Shown: piece by piece, positions 37,588-50,870 of the stretch | Numbering within the stretch: the stretch's first letter is position 1 | How the letters are laid out: each line of letters opens with the position of its first letter | Assembly: GCF_006345805.1 (NCBI RefSeq) | Contig: NC_043004.1 | Span: forward strand, 73,780,001-73,844,000 | Direction: 5' to 3' | DNA: 64,000 nt | Origin: Octopus sinensis | Lineage: Eukaryota | Position numbers and translations under genes: made by a program | The notes under the pieces: model-generated | Databases searched by the model: none | The model's input: the letters and a program-made list of their open reading frames with translations, nothing else | What the model was told of the DNA's origin: nothing

Positions 37588-37750
37588 GACGGACTTCTTT
37601 CAGTTTCCGTCTACCAAATCCACTCACAAGGCTTTGGTTGGCCCGAGGCTATAGTAGAAAACACTTGCCCAAGGTGCCACGCAGTGGGACTGAGCCCAAA
37701 ACCATGTGATTCGTAAGCAAGCTACTTACCACACAGCCTCTCCTGTGCCT
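37270..37750 (-). mobile_element. SINE family A, complete, with long internal (CA)n(TA)n
   Basis: Both halves present around the microsatellite. Confidence 0.92.
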
Positions 37751-37852
37751 ATTCTTCTTCTTCTTCTTATTATTATTATTTATTATTATTATTATTATAT
37801 TATTATTATTATATTATTATTATTATTATTATTATTATTATCATCATCATCA

Positions 37853-37884
<32 letters not shown>

Positions 37885-38258
37885 TATTATTATTATATTA
37901 TTATTATTATCATTATTATTTGCCGTTGTTGCTGCTGTTGTTATTATGCCATCTTAATTCTTTTCATATTCTTCATTTCCTTCATACCCGTCCTTTGTTC
38001 CCAATACCCTGTTCTCCACCCAAGTTCATGCGTTAATTAAGTAACGGGTGTCTAGTTACATTTCTGTTATGATGCTATTATTTATGTTATCTTCATCGGA
38101 TGGTGACACTCCAGTCATAAAATCTCCATAAACAATAACGATGCTGTAGTGAATCACAATCCTTCCGCCATGCTCTCTTCTCGGTTGTATAATTGATGCA
38201 ATATGTAAGTATATAAAAGTATACAATGATTTGTGTGTATATAGTGTGTTTGTATATG

Positions 38259-38296
<38 letters not shown>

Positions 38297-38514
38297 ACCG
38301 CGCACGCACACATATATTTGCATAATTATATATTTGTGTATATATATGCGCACACACATACCTGTTCATAATATACATATCTAATAGTTATATATATATA
38401 TGTATGTATGTATATATATGCATGAATATATAAATATATATATCCGTATATATATGCGTGAGTGTACATACCATGGTGTATATATTCATAAGAGGCTATG
38501 TATATATTTGTGTT

Positions 38515-38546
<32 letters not shown>

Positions 38547-38604
38547 CGCTGACGCACAAGCATCCGGTGAGAGAGACCTATATATATATTATTACACACA
38601 CACA

Positions 38605-38648
<44 letters not shown>

Positions 38649-38941
38649 ATTATGCACGCATACACACACACGCATATATATGCGTTTAGCTGCGTGTATA
38701 TGTGTATTGTATATGTATGCTTATTTTAACCTTGTGTTTAGTTATATATAACTATACACAAGGTTAAATATGACTATATGTATATGTGCCTGTGTGAGCG
38801 TGTGTGTATTTACATGTATATGATCATATTTGTGAGTATGCATATATATAAGTATGTATATATATGTGTGTGTGTGTCTATGTGTATGTGTATATATGTA
38901 TGTATGCATGTATGTATGTATACACACACATACACACATAA

Positions 38942-39825
38942 ATAGAGCGCGGTGAATATATTGTTGTCAAAATTACGCAAAAAGGAAAACAACATTGACA
39001 TCTCATTTTAAAATACATATATTTGCCAAAATTACATAAAAATATCTTGAAACACTAAAGAGTAAATGTATTCAATATCGCCATTGACGTCAACCACGGC
39101 CTGCAGACGACTTCGGAATTCCTGCAACTCTTCCGGACGGTCTCCTTGTTTAAGGTGATGAATGCTGCCATAATCCTTACCTTCAGTTCATCTCTGGTGT
39201 CACAAGGAGTTTTGTTTGTCTCTCGCTTAATTGCGCCCCACACATAATAATCAAGGGGGTGGCAGTCTTGGGAGTTAGGTGGCCAGATGTTAGGAGTGAT
39301 GTGGTCGGAGAAATTGACTGACAGCCATGACTGAGTTCTCTTGCTTGTGTGGCATGGTGCAGAGTCCTGTTGACAGACGTAAGGTCTTCCAGCAGCTATC
39401 CTTTCCACCTAGAGCAGCACTACCTCCTCCAGGCACTTGATGTAGGCCTCTTTGTTGATTCCGAGGCTGTGTGGGAAGATGAATGGAGGCATGACATCGC
39501 CATCACTAGTGATCACTGCAAACACCATGATGTTGACTGGATGTTTGATTTTTATCACTCTCAGTTCATGCTTCGAGAACACGGCAAGCCAACGGTTGTT
39601 CTGTGTGTTCACCATCAGTTCGCATTGGAGCTTCCGGTGTGAATGCCAAGCAATGCAGCATGTCATTTCCAAATTTCTGACAAAGTGACTTGCATCATGG
39701 TGCTATTTCATTCACAGACAGTGCCCAACTGACCCTTCTATACTGTGTAGTCGACAAAATAAAAGCAAACAATGCGCATGCACGAAATATAAAATGGCGA
39801 CAATCTACCCATCGCACCCCCTGTA

Positions 39826-39826
<1 letters not shown>
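38942..39826 (-). mobile_element. maT/DD37D Tc1-mariner element, internally deleted
   Basis: QQDSAPCH...WPPNSQDCHPLDY with exactly 37 residues between the two Ds; N-terminal MMQVTLSEIWK*HAALLGIHTGSSNAN fused at about 39618 to MVNTQNNRWLA; degenerate TIRs (15/22 matches). Confidence 0.9.
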
Positions 39827-39863
<37 letters not shown>

Positions 39864-39914
39864 TGTATCTATGTATGTATATATATATACTTACATACAA
39901 ACATACATACAAAC

Positions 39915-39974
<60 letters not shown>

Positions 39975-40249
39975 CATGAGGTTTAGATAAGGGAAGGTAA
40001 ATGATATATGAATATCCTGTCTTTCTTACAGATATGATAAACAAAGAATGAGAGTGATGGGCATAAAACAGGAAAGGAAACCAAATTATTAATTCCATTT
40101 AATGAAGTCAGCCTTCGTAAGAAATTACCTTCTTGTTCAAGGAATTATTGTTGTAGTTGTTGTTGTCGCTAGTGCTGTTATGATTTTACTGCTGTTGAAA
40201 TATGTCTTGCTGAGTAGTTGGTTTTCCTCTGACGGCTTCCTTATAACTC

Positions 40250-40600
40250 ACTAGTACTATGACCCGGCAACGCCGAGTCATAGTGCTAGCGCATGCATAT
40301 ACAGCTGCGTGAGTGCGCACGTACACGCGAGTACTGTCCAAATCTTCGACCAATCACATACAGCTAGCTGGAATTTAATTGGCGTATCAAGTTTCGGGCA
40401 TTTTGATTGGGTTTTGGATAGAAAATTCATAAAAAAGTCACTTCTATTGATTTTTTAATGGCTGGGGAAATGTAAAGATGTGCACGACCACCCTTGGACG
40501 GTTTTAAACGACCATAGAAAGTTCGAGCCCTCTAACGGAAAAATTGTGGATTTGTATAAAGGACACACACGCAGACATTTTGCCGTTTATATAGAGAGAT
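40250..40600 (+). mobile_element. Non-autonomous Helitron/Helentron-like element with 5' hairpin
   Basis: 5' hairpin CTAGTACTATGAC-C-CGGC-AAC-GCCG-A-GTCATAGTGCTAG; 3' end ...CACACACGCAGACATTTTGCCGTTTATATAGAGAGAT. Confidence 0.65.
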
Positions 40601-40628
40601 AACGTGATTAATACCTTATAACATTATT

Positions 40629-40748
40629 CTATATTCATTCACAAAATATTGAGTGACAATCCTCAATCAGTCCACTGATCGCTATATTCATTCACAAAAT
40701 ATTGAGTGACAATCCACAATCAGTCCACTGATCTCTATATTCATTCAT
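40629..40748 (+). repeat. 53-bp tandem duplication (2 copies plus a partial)
   Basis: CTATATTCATTCACAAAATATTGAGTGACAATCC(T/A)CAATCAGTCCACTGATC repeated. Confidence 0.9.
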
Positions 40749-41249
40749 CTGTCATTGAGCTGTATCCACCAACTGACTCCTAAAATGATAGAACACTAGA
40801 TTTGCAAAAATTGCCGGTTGACAGCGCTAAACAGTGATGTTTATAAATACAAACTTGTCACCAGTTCAAATATCCTTGAGACAGGTCCCTCTTATCATAT
40901 TCCCGTGATCGTTCAATCACTGGTTGCGTAGACATTCCTGTCAGTTCGTAACATCTAGCTTTCTGGTCTCTGCTGCTGAGAAGAGATATCCACCCCGAAA
41001 TGTATGCACCCAACTAACTGGATAGGGAGCGCTGTTAACTGACTCGGTGTGTTTTTACACCTTTCTATCGACCGCGAGGAATTTTCTCTATGACAATATA
41101 CAAAGAATGACTTTCTTACGGGTTCGAATAAGCCTCAAGCATATTTGAACCGGTAACAAATCATATTTTTATAAACTTATGACTATACAACTTCCACCTA
41201 AACTTACACATTGCACGATTCCTAATTTAGAACTTGGAGAAGCAATGGT

Positions 41250-41763
41250 CCTTTCTTCTATAAGCACAAGGCCTGAAATTTTGTTGTGAGGGGCTAGTCG
41301 ATTACATCGACCCCCAGTGCTTGACTGATAGTTATTTCATTGACCCTGAAAGGATGAAAAGCAAAGTCGACCACAGTGGAATTTGAACTCAGAACATAAA
41401 GTCGGAAGAAATGCCGCTAAGCATTTTTCCGGTACGGTAACGATTCTGCCTACCCGCCGCCTTGGAGTATTAATAATGATTTCATATTTTGGCACACAAA
41501 GCCAGCAAGTTCGTGGAGGGAGTAAGTGGGTAACATCGACCCCGGTGCTTGGCTGGTTCTTATTTTTATCGTCCTCAAGGACAGACAAACCGATTAAGTC
41601 GATTATATCGACCCCAGTGCGTAACTGGTACTTAATTTATCGACCCCAAAAGGATGAAAGGCAAAGTCGACATCGGCGGAATTTGAACTCAGAACGTAAC
41701 GGCAGACGAAATACGGCTACGCATTTCGCCCGACGTTCCAACGTTTCTGCCAGGTCGCCGTCT
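41250..41763 (-). mobile_element. Cluster of three family B SINE copies or fragments
   Basis: Repeated reverse-complement central domain (GGATGAAAGGCAAAGTCGAC). Confidence 0.85.
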
Positions 41764-41879
41764 TCTTGGAGGAAAAGTAATAGTAGCTATTATTCCTCCT
41801 TTCTCATCATTATGTCTTGATCAATCTCTGGACTCTCAAGCCCCGGGGCTTATAGAACCGATAATCCGGTTTTCGTGGT

Positions 41880-42084
41880 GTATAAGCGACCAAAAAATCA
41901 TAATATTCCTTTCCAATAGGGCGCCAGTCCTTTGCAGAGTTATTCATGCATAGAGCTGAGTGGACTAGAGCAACGTGAAGTGAAGTGTTTTGTTCAAAAA
42001 CACAACGCATCGCCCGGTCCAGGAATTGAAACCACGATCTTGTGATTGTTAGTGCAAACACTCTAACCACTAGGTGATGCGCTT
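41880..42084 (-). mobile_element. SINE family C
   Basis: Reverse complement of the 15803-type head. Confidence 0.7.
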
Positions 42085-42207
42085 TCAAGAAGAGTAATAC
42101 CAAGTGTTATTGCTCCTTCAGGTTCTAAATTAAACATTTCACTCCATACTTCTTTGTCAAGAACTATATACCTCTACATTGTGAAGGGGCATGGTTTAGT
42201 GGTTTTT

Positions 42208-42512
42208 ACGATTATAGGTAACCACTCGGGTTGTAACTTTTGAGCCCGAGTCAGGCGTGTGTGAACGATATCAAGAGAACGTCGGCTACGAATGACATTT
42301 TTTGACTCAGGGCATCTCTAAGACGATCTCTAGACGGTGAACGAAAATGAATGACCTGCGACCAGGCTCAATAAAAGGAGCCCGATTTCTTGGCTGCAAT
42401 TACACACTTGAAGTCAATGTTGGCAGAAATTAAATCAGCTCGCAAATACACGTTCACATTATTAAATTTATATTGGGGCTAATCCTGAACAGCCCGAGTG
42501 CCGGAGTCGCCA

Positions 42513-42515
<3 letters not shown>
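42208..42515 (+). mobile_element. Unclassified ~300-bp repeat with subterminal inverted repeats (HINE-like), copy 1
   Basis: Homologous to 54050-54350; ACTCGGG(T/C)TGT ... ACAGCCCGAGT. Confidence 0.75.
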
Positions 42516-42543
<28 letters not shown>

Positions 42544-42547
<4 letters not shown>

Positions 42548-42708
42548 GATGGGCTTCTTTCAGTTTCCGTCTACCAAATCCACTCAGAAGGCTTTGGTCA
42601 GCCCGAGTCTATAGATGACATTTACCCAAGGTGCCACACAGTAGCACTGAACCCGGAACAATGTGATTGGGAAGCAAGCTCCTTACCACAAAGCCACGCC
42701 TGCGCCTG
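42544..42708 (-). mobile_element. SINE family A, 5' half
   Basis: Homology to the 1502 copy. Confidence 0.85.
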
Positions 42709-43699
42709 TATCTTCTTTTTCCAATCTTTTACCCTGCTTATTCCTAGCACAAAGTCAGTAAGATTTTAGACTATATGTAAAGTGATTTCACCTCACGCAC
42801 TTATACTTCCATATTGTTTAAAATTCCCACGGATGCTAGAGACAGTGTCTTTCCTCAATCTAATAAAAATTATATTCCAGCCGTGAGTATCTATTTCAAA
42901 GAAACCGTAGATATTGTAACATTCACTCTTGTCTTTACAACAATGAAGATTTGCTTGGTCTATTAAGTGGAATCCACCGTATTATTTACGAGAAAATGTT
43001 TTAAAAAAAATGAAACAACTATAAAGTGTATGGCACCAATATATTGTGATTGCAGCTTTTATCACAGCTCCCATTTGTGAAAACCGTTCAAGCTGAGACG
43101 GGAGAAATTATTGCGCTTCGAGAAATCGTGGCTTTGGTTTTAGAATCCCCATTGTCATAAGTGTAACTACATCAGTCCTGTTAAGTCGCCTCGCAGTGCA
43201 GCCTAAACAATGGTCGGATATAAAAACACACAAATTTCTCATTCTGACACCATATCGAAAAATCTCACAAGAAATTAACGAAAAGAGTATTATGTGCTTT
43301 ATGGTGAAGTTTTGATGTGACGTTTTGGGTTCAACGTAAATGAGAAAAAAAGACTTATGTTGCGAGTTTTTTTTTTGTATGTATGTATGTTAGTTTATGC
43401 ATGACGGGAGGTATATATGCTTCTGTCTATTTGTTTTTTCGTAGTTTGTGCATGTTTTTATATGTATGTCTGTTTATTGGTTAAATATCTGTGCTTTGCT
43501 TTTATGAGTTTCTACAAGTTTTTAAGTCAATAAGTGCATATGTGTAAGTATGTTGACAAGTTTGTGTGTAACATATGTTTGTGTGTAAGTGTTTCTAAGC
43601 TGTTCACTATGATCAGATTTATGAGTCTTTTATTTTATTTATTTAAACAGAAATGGGAGGCTGGCGTCCATGACCCTTGTGGACTGGAGAAGTCTATAT

Positions 43700-43990
43700 A
43701 AATTATGTCGAGTTTTAATATCTGCAGCTTGATGCTTCTAGGGAAAAAGTTAAACATGGCGAGTATTCCACGGAGCTGCGGTTATGAGCAGAATGGGTTG
43801 AGCTAATTAAAGCCGGAGTTTGGGAAGTGAGACATAATTTGGATGACGGATGAAGGGGACGTGGGTGTAATTTGGGAGTTCGAGCGAAAGTGGTAACGCT
43901 GGCAGCTGATTCAAAGTAGAATGCGATATAGTAGTGATATAGACAGGAGTCTTTCAGTGGGCTGATGGTTGCAGCGTGCCGGTGGCTAAA
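43700..43990 (-). mobile_element. CR1/Jockey-group LINE 3' remnant
   Basis: SCLYHYYIAF...FART..LHPRPLHP resembles the same C-terminus as 19690-20120. Confidence 0.45.
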
Positions 43991-44339
43991 TGTTTGCCAA
44001 TGAGCCAAATGTTATACTTTAGAACAAGATCAAAGTGGTGTGTATGTGTGAAAGAGAGAGGGGGAGAGGAAGAGGGAGATAAAAAGAGAGAAAACGAGAG
44101 GGAGGAAGAGAGAGAGAGAGAAAGAAAGAGAGAGAGTGAGAGAGAGGGCACTCTTGATCTTCAAAGATTGTGAAACTAGCATTTTTAGTTATATGCCTGT
44201 ACTATGATAGGGAATAAAGAAAAGGAAAAAAAAATTGTGTTGGCAAACGTAATACAGAATGATCGCAGCTGGGACACTTGATTACAGATGCGCTCAAAGA
44301 GGGTTCTCCTGGGGTTAACCGGAAAAAATCTACGTGTAA

Positions 44340-44540
44340 TTGTCACTGTTGATGCTGCAGTGCTCAGTAAGTTGTATCCTGTTATCTAATTTCTTTATAT
44401 ATTAACGCCATCACCAAGTCTTTGGGACCTTTTTTTTTCCTAGCACAGTCCACTTGCTATTACTGGTTTGGAGATTCCCTCCTCCTTTCCGCTGGTGTCA
44501 GGTCTTTGTAAAAGGTCATGGACATTGCCCTTTCCTTCAA
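44340..44540 (-). mobile_element. R4/Dong/NeSL-like LINE C-terminal remnant (tentative)
   Basis: YKDL...KPVIASGL....PKDLV..L..EIR resembles the KY.DL / VPVIVGALG..PK.L restriction-like endonuclease tail. Confidence 0.3.
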
Positions 44541-44667
44541 TCTAAGCGATTACAATTAACAAATTTCCAACAATTTGATAAAAAATTTGGTACTCTTTAT
44601 TTATCTATTACTTGTCTCAGTCACTGAACTGCAGCAATGCTGGAGCGCCACCTTCAGTCGTTTAGAT

Positions 44668-44941
44668 GAGTGGTTCTCAATATGGGCAGTACTGCCCCCT
44701 TGGAACGATGGAAAGATCCAGGAGTAGGGCGTTGAAGAAAAGTGGGATGATAATGGGGTGGCCAAAATGAGATGATAGATGTAAAAAAAATATTAATAGA
44801 TTAATTAGGTTTAAGTTTTATCTGTGAAATACAGTTGTTTAGAATTTGTTGCAGAAAGTGGTCCATATTTGTGGGCGGGGTGCTAGGAATGTGGCCCGGG
44901 TGCCAAGGAGGCGGCAGCCTGAAAAAGTTTGGGAACTGCGG
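44668..44941 (+). mobile_element. hAT (Charlie-like) MITE inserted into a family A SINE
   Basis: 8-bp TSD GTTTAGAT (44660-44667) / GTTTAGAC (44942-44949); TIR-like (C)AGTGGTTCTCAA; the SINE sequence resumes after it. Confidence 0.8.
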
Positions 44942-45009
44942 GTTTAGACGAACAAATTGACCCCAGTACTTATTTTTAAGCCTGGTGTTTATTCTATCGA
45001 TGTATTCTT

Positions 45010-45190
45010 TTCTACTCTAGGCACAAGGCCCGAAATTTTGGGGGATGGGCCCAGTCGATTAGATCGACTCCAGTACGCAACTGGTACTTAATTTATCGAC
45101 CCCTAGAGAATAAAAAGCAGAGTCGAACTCAGAACGTAAAGACAGACGAAATACCGCTATGCATTTCGTGCAGCGAGCTAAATTCTGTCG
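45010..45190 (-). mobile_element. SINE family B with internal deletion
   Basis: Reverse-complement family B tail, central domain and head. Confidence 0.8.
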
Positions 45191-45829
45191 ATATATTGAT
45201 GCAGCTCCTCTCTACTGAAATAACATATACGGGTCGTAGCTTCATCTTCCACTAATTGAGAACTTCTTGCAAAGATAGGTTTTCGCTGCTGCCATTCATC
45301 TTCAGATTCAGCCACACTTTTTGAGTTTCATTTTTAAAATAAACGCGTTTCCCTAACTGTATAAAATGAAGCAGAATAATATAAGTATTGAATGAAGGCG
45401 TAAAATCATGTCGACATGTTAATCATCTTCACCAATGGCAGCTGTACATTTGCAATGTATCTGAGGAGGGATCAACGTGTCATTCCGTCAGACGGAATGG
45501 GACGGAAGATACCTTGTTATGAGAATTTTTGGAGATTTCAATTCAGATATTGTTTATGTTACAAAACATTAGTAGAAATATTACTACTCTTTACAACTTC
45601 TTTCTACTGCGACTTCAAAGAAGAAAACTTGTTGTTGTTGTTGTTTTTGTTGTTGCTTCTGCTGCTGCTGTTTTTGTTGTATAAGTTCTATGTTAAGAAT
45701 ATGTATAGCTAAGTACCTTCCAATCTACGATTCCTATTCACATGGCTACCAAACAGAATTTTTGCCAACTGATTAGTAACAGTCGTATAGGTTCTTGTTT
45801 AATTTCCATTACCTTCTTTCTCTGTTCTT

Positions 45830-46801
45830 GGAACATTTGCCGTAAACATTTTTACCGCAGTAAAATTCGCCGTCGGAAATTTCGCCATATAGATAATTTC
45901 AAAGATATAGCAGGCAACCCGATTTAGAGAAATCGGGGATCTTTTCGGTTTGAACGGCAGTTTTTAACATAATTTCTAGGTAACTAAAAAATTTTAAACT
46001 TCGTATACTGGTAGAATGTGTTTATAAAACATCTTTTTCTCTTGGCTTTATTGAGAAAATTCTATAGTTTGTAAGATATTTGTTGTTTTTTCTTCAATTT
46101 CTGCAATTTCAACCAATCGATGACGTCCATTGAGGTAAAAAAAACATTCTGTGACGTATGAATATGTCCCTCGTTTAAGAAACAGATTGGGTTTATTTAC
46201 ATTTCTGAAGAAAAAAAGATACCCTTCCCACCACTCCTAACCCTAACCCTAAAACAGATTGAAATGCAATAGATCGATACTAGGGTCATAATTATAGGTG
46301 ACAATTTCATATGACACCGCTAGAAAAAACTGCCGTTCAAACCGAAAAGATCCGAAATTGGCGATCTGAAAAAAATTGTCTTATATATATGTGCGTGTGT
46401 GAGCCCATGTATGTATGTGTGTGTGTGTGTGTGTGTGTGCGTAAGTGTGTGCGCTTGTGTGTGTGTTTATAATTCTGTTTTATAATTAACTGTTTTTTAT
46501 TCTCTTTTTGTTCTTTGTAAATGTTTTATTTATATTGTGATATATTTTATTTAAACAGAATTTTGTTTTTTAAACATTATCATCTTTTAGATTGCTTTAT
46601 TTTGGCCCGCATCCCCTGTAGCTTTGCCATAATAATATAATAGATAGGTTGGTTGAAACAATTATATACCAAGGGAGCAATTCATCTTTTTTTTTTTGTG
46701 ACATTGTCTTGCAGCAAAATTTCCAATGCACCGAACTTTCCTACGGCCAAAAATCCTGAGGTGTATTCTCCTGCGGCAAAAATGTTTGCGGCACTCTTTC
46801 C
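45830..46801. mobile_element. Older TIR element with short subterminal repeats (host of nested MITE)
   Basis: GGAACATTTGCCGTAAACATTTTTACCGCAG (45830-45860) is an inverted match to 46771-46801; both arms carry TTCGCCG/TTTGCCG-type repeats. Confidence 0.55.
45937..46353. mobile_element. MITE with perfect 29-bp TIRs
   Basis: GGATCTTTTCGGTTTGAACGGCAGTTTTT (45937-45965) and its exact reverse complement (46325-46353); internal CCTAACCCTAACCCTAA. Confidence 0.9.
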
Positions 46802-46965
46802 AGATACGTATTTTCTTATCCCTAGCGTCGCAGAACCTATGTACATATTTGTTTATGATTTATACTAGGTTTTGGATAATGTACAACCTTCTGGAACAAG
46901 ATTGAATCTCGCATTAAAAAATACATTTTTGTTCATTTCATATTACACACACATACACACATGTG

Positions 46966-47009
<44 letters not shown>

Positions 47010-47069
47010 TATATACACGTATATATATATATATATGTATGTATGTATATGTGTGTGTGTGTGTGTGTG

Positions 47070-47100
<31 letters not shown>

Positions 47101-47721
47101 TACATATGTATCTATGTGTATATTAAGTCATTGAAAAATCGCTTTTATATTTCTGTTCCTTTGATGTTTATTGCAACATTTTCTCAAAAGTTGTAATAAC
47201 ATTTTTGTAAATATTTAATAACATTTCTTTTAATCTAATATAAATTTATTAGATTACACTTAATTCAACATAGTCTTCAAACAGAGAAAGGCTCTTCACC
47301 TCTGATTTACGTGTTCCTCAATTACATATCCCAATAAATTTTAAGACGAAATCAAGAGTCGAAACAAGATTTCAAGTATATAAGCACAAGCTTATATCAA
47401 ATTTGAAAAAAAATAATGTCTAGATAAAGTTCGAGACCGTCAGAGAACATCTGAAAACCCAGTTGTGGGTCGCGGCTAACTTTGAACAGACCTTTGAACA
47501 ATGCATTTCAGATGACACTACTCTGTCGTCGTTTTCATACAGCATGTCTGGGATTACCTGTCTGTAGGCCCTGATATTTTTGTGAGACATAGGGTGTGAT
47601 TAAAAGGACATTTGGTTATTATTTGTAGCAGGTCGAGCGACCAAATAGAGGTTTCCGTGTTTATGTTTCAAAGAATAACTATCGACGCAAGCACCAAATA
47701 TTTGTATTACGAGCTAAATAA

Positions 47722-47935
47722 AGGCGGCGGAGCTGGCAGAACGGTTAGCAGGCCGGGCAAAATACATAGCGGCATTTCACCCATCGCTACGTTCTGAGTT
47801 CAAATCCCGCTGAAGTCGACTTTCCCTTTCATCCTTTCGGGGTTGATAAATTAAGTACCAGTTGTGTACTGGGGTCGACCTAATTGACTATCCCCCTCCC
47901 TCAAATTTCAGATCCTGTGGTTATAGTAGAAAGGA
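47722..47935 (+). mobile_element. SINE family B
   Basis: Head and central domain. Confidence 0.85.
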
Positions 47936-47951
47936 TTACTAGCTAAATAAA

Positions 47952-48174
47952 TCTTTTTTGTGTTTCAGTCATTAGACTGCTGCCATGCTGGAGTACCACA
48001 TTGGATTTTAAAGCGAATGAAACGACTCCAATACCTATTTCTTAAGCTTGGTACTTATTCTATCGTTCTCTTCTGCCTAACCGCTATGTTATGGGGGTGT
48101 AAACGCGCCAACACCGGTGGTCAAGCGGTGGGGTGGGAGACAAACACAGACACAAAGACAGCCCAATAAATATA

Positions 48175-48209
<35 letters not shown>

Positions 48210-48373
48210 TCGACAGGCGTCCTTCAGCTTCCTTCATCTAAATCCACTCACAAGACTTTGGTCGACCCGAGGCTATAACAGACAACACTTGCCCAAACTG
48301 CCACGCCGTAAAACTGAACCCAGAACCATGTGGTTGGGAAGCAAGCCTCTTACCACACGGCCATACCTGCACC
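47952..48373 (-). mobile_element. SINE family A, complete, diverged
   Basis: Both halves around (TA)n. Confidence 0.85.
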
Positions 48374-48442
48374 TATAAATAAAATAAATGAATGAATAAA
48401 TGAATGATTAAAACACGTTGTCTATTTATCATTATACGACTT

Positions 48443-48492
<50 letters not shown>

Positions 48493-49014
48493 ATCTCCTC
48501 ATGATTTTAGAAACAGCTATTTGTATGGAATGAGGGGAGGACGTCCAGATGAACGGATGGCTGAGCGGATGCATGGACGGATGGACGGATACATATGCAT
48601 GTCTATGGATAGAAGAATGGATGAGTGAACACCGACACCAGCTAATATATTGATGTGTGGCTAATAGAGAATCAAAAATGGCTGTACCCAACCAAAATAA
48701 TATTGTAAGTGAAGGCCATAACAGTTTGGGAGTAAATATTTGAATAAGTCTATTTATGTAAATATTAACGCATCTAATGTACACGCATGCGATTGTATAT
48801 ATGTGCGTACATGCGTGTCTTTGCATGTAGCTGTCTGTATATTGGTATATGTGTGTGTGCAAACACTCAGAGAAGTTGTTATTGACCACAACACACCCTT
48901 ACCAAACCATACACACGGGTACAGATGTTCTTTCCCATGTACACGTATCTGTAAGTGGCGAAGTATGCTTATGTGAGTAAGTGTTTTACAGTGATTATGT
49001 GTATATGTAGACAT

Positions 49015-49421
49015 GGGTACAGGAGTGGCTGTGTGGTAAGTAGCTTGCTTACCAACCACATGGCTGCGGGCTCATTCCCACTGCGTAGCCCCTTGGGTGT
49101 CTTCTACTATCGCCTCGAGCCGACCAAAGCCTTGTAAGTGGATTTGGTAGCCGGAAACTGAAAGAAGCCCATCGAGCACATATATATATATATATAATAT
49201 ATGTATATGTATGTGTGTGTATTTATGCGTTTGTGTTTTTCCCCCCCCCCACCCCAACATCGCTTGACAACAGATGCTGGTGTGTTTACGTCCCCGTAAC
49301 TTAGTGGTTCGGCAATAGAGACCAATAGAATAAGTACAAGGCTTACAAAGAATAAGTTCTGAGGTCGATTTGCTCGACTAAAGGCGGTGCTCAAATGACT
49401 GAAACAAATAAAAGAGTAAAA
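49015..49421 (+). mobile_element. SINE family A, complete
   Basis: Both halves around (TA)n/(TG)n. Confidence 0.9.
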
Positions 49422-49782
49422 AAGTATATATGTGTCTGTGTAAGTCTGGGAAAGAGAGGAAATAAGGTTTGGGTTTGTGAAAGTGTTTTATATGTGTGAG
49501 ACCTCAAGTTTGAATATGCATATAACAGAGTGTGGGTTTATGTGAATTTGTGTTTGTGTGTGTGTGCGTGTGTGTGTGGGGGTGCATGCGTGTGTGCATG
49601 TGTATTCGTGTGTCTGTCTGTGTGTGCACTCATGCGCGTGTGTGTGTGTGTGTGTCTGTGTCTGTGTGTGCACATACACGCATAGAGAAAGTGGGAATAA
49701 ATAGACAGATGCACACATACATACATATAATGTATTTGTATGTATGTGTATGAGTGAGAAAGAGAGAGAGAGAGAGAGAAAT

Positions 49783-49980
<198 letters not shown>

Positions 49981-50122
49981 TGAACTGTTTTATGGGACAG
50001 CATAAAACTTATATTGCCAGCCAAACTCAGTTAAAATTCTCGATTGTTAGTGTGAAATAGCGTTATAACTCTAATTCTGTTCGTGCAACAACTTTGCAAT
50101 CTATTTAAACAAATCACACATT

Positions 50123-50168
<46 letters not shown>

Positions 50169-50195
50169 TACACACGTTGACAGAACGTGTCTGTT

Positions 50196-50249
<54 letters not shown>

Positions 50250-50317
50250 CACATCTAGACGCACATACGCAAATACAAGACTAAAACACGTAGTTATATA
50301 AAACGATAAAGTATGTG

Positions 50318-50364
<47 letters not shown>

Positions 50365-50695
50365 TTCATACTTGTACGATATATGTTTGCAAATAAGTGC
50401 ATAAGTATACACACACAAGCACAAATACACACACACACACTTACACAAAGAAGCATACAAACACAAATACTTATATATACATGACTGTATGCATATATAT
50501 ATATATCGATACACATATGCACACATACACATATGCACGCATACACATATACACACTCATACGCACACACAAAGACATACATTTATAATCATGCTTGCAT
50601 ATATATACGTATATGCACATATGTATATTCACTATGCAGGCGAACATGCAAATGCAAGGGTGAGTGTGTGTATATATATATATATGTACACACAA

Positions 50696-50729
<34 letters not shown>

Positions 50730-50796
50730 TATATATATATATACATACATACATATATATATGTACACACAGACACACATATATATATATATAATA

Positions 50797-50870
<74 letters not shown>

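Noticed and set aside
46236-46252. Interstitial telomere (CCCTAA)n
   Set aside because: Fewer than three units, and internal to a MITE.
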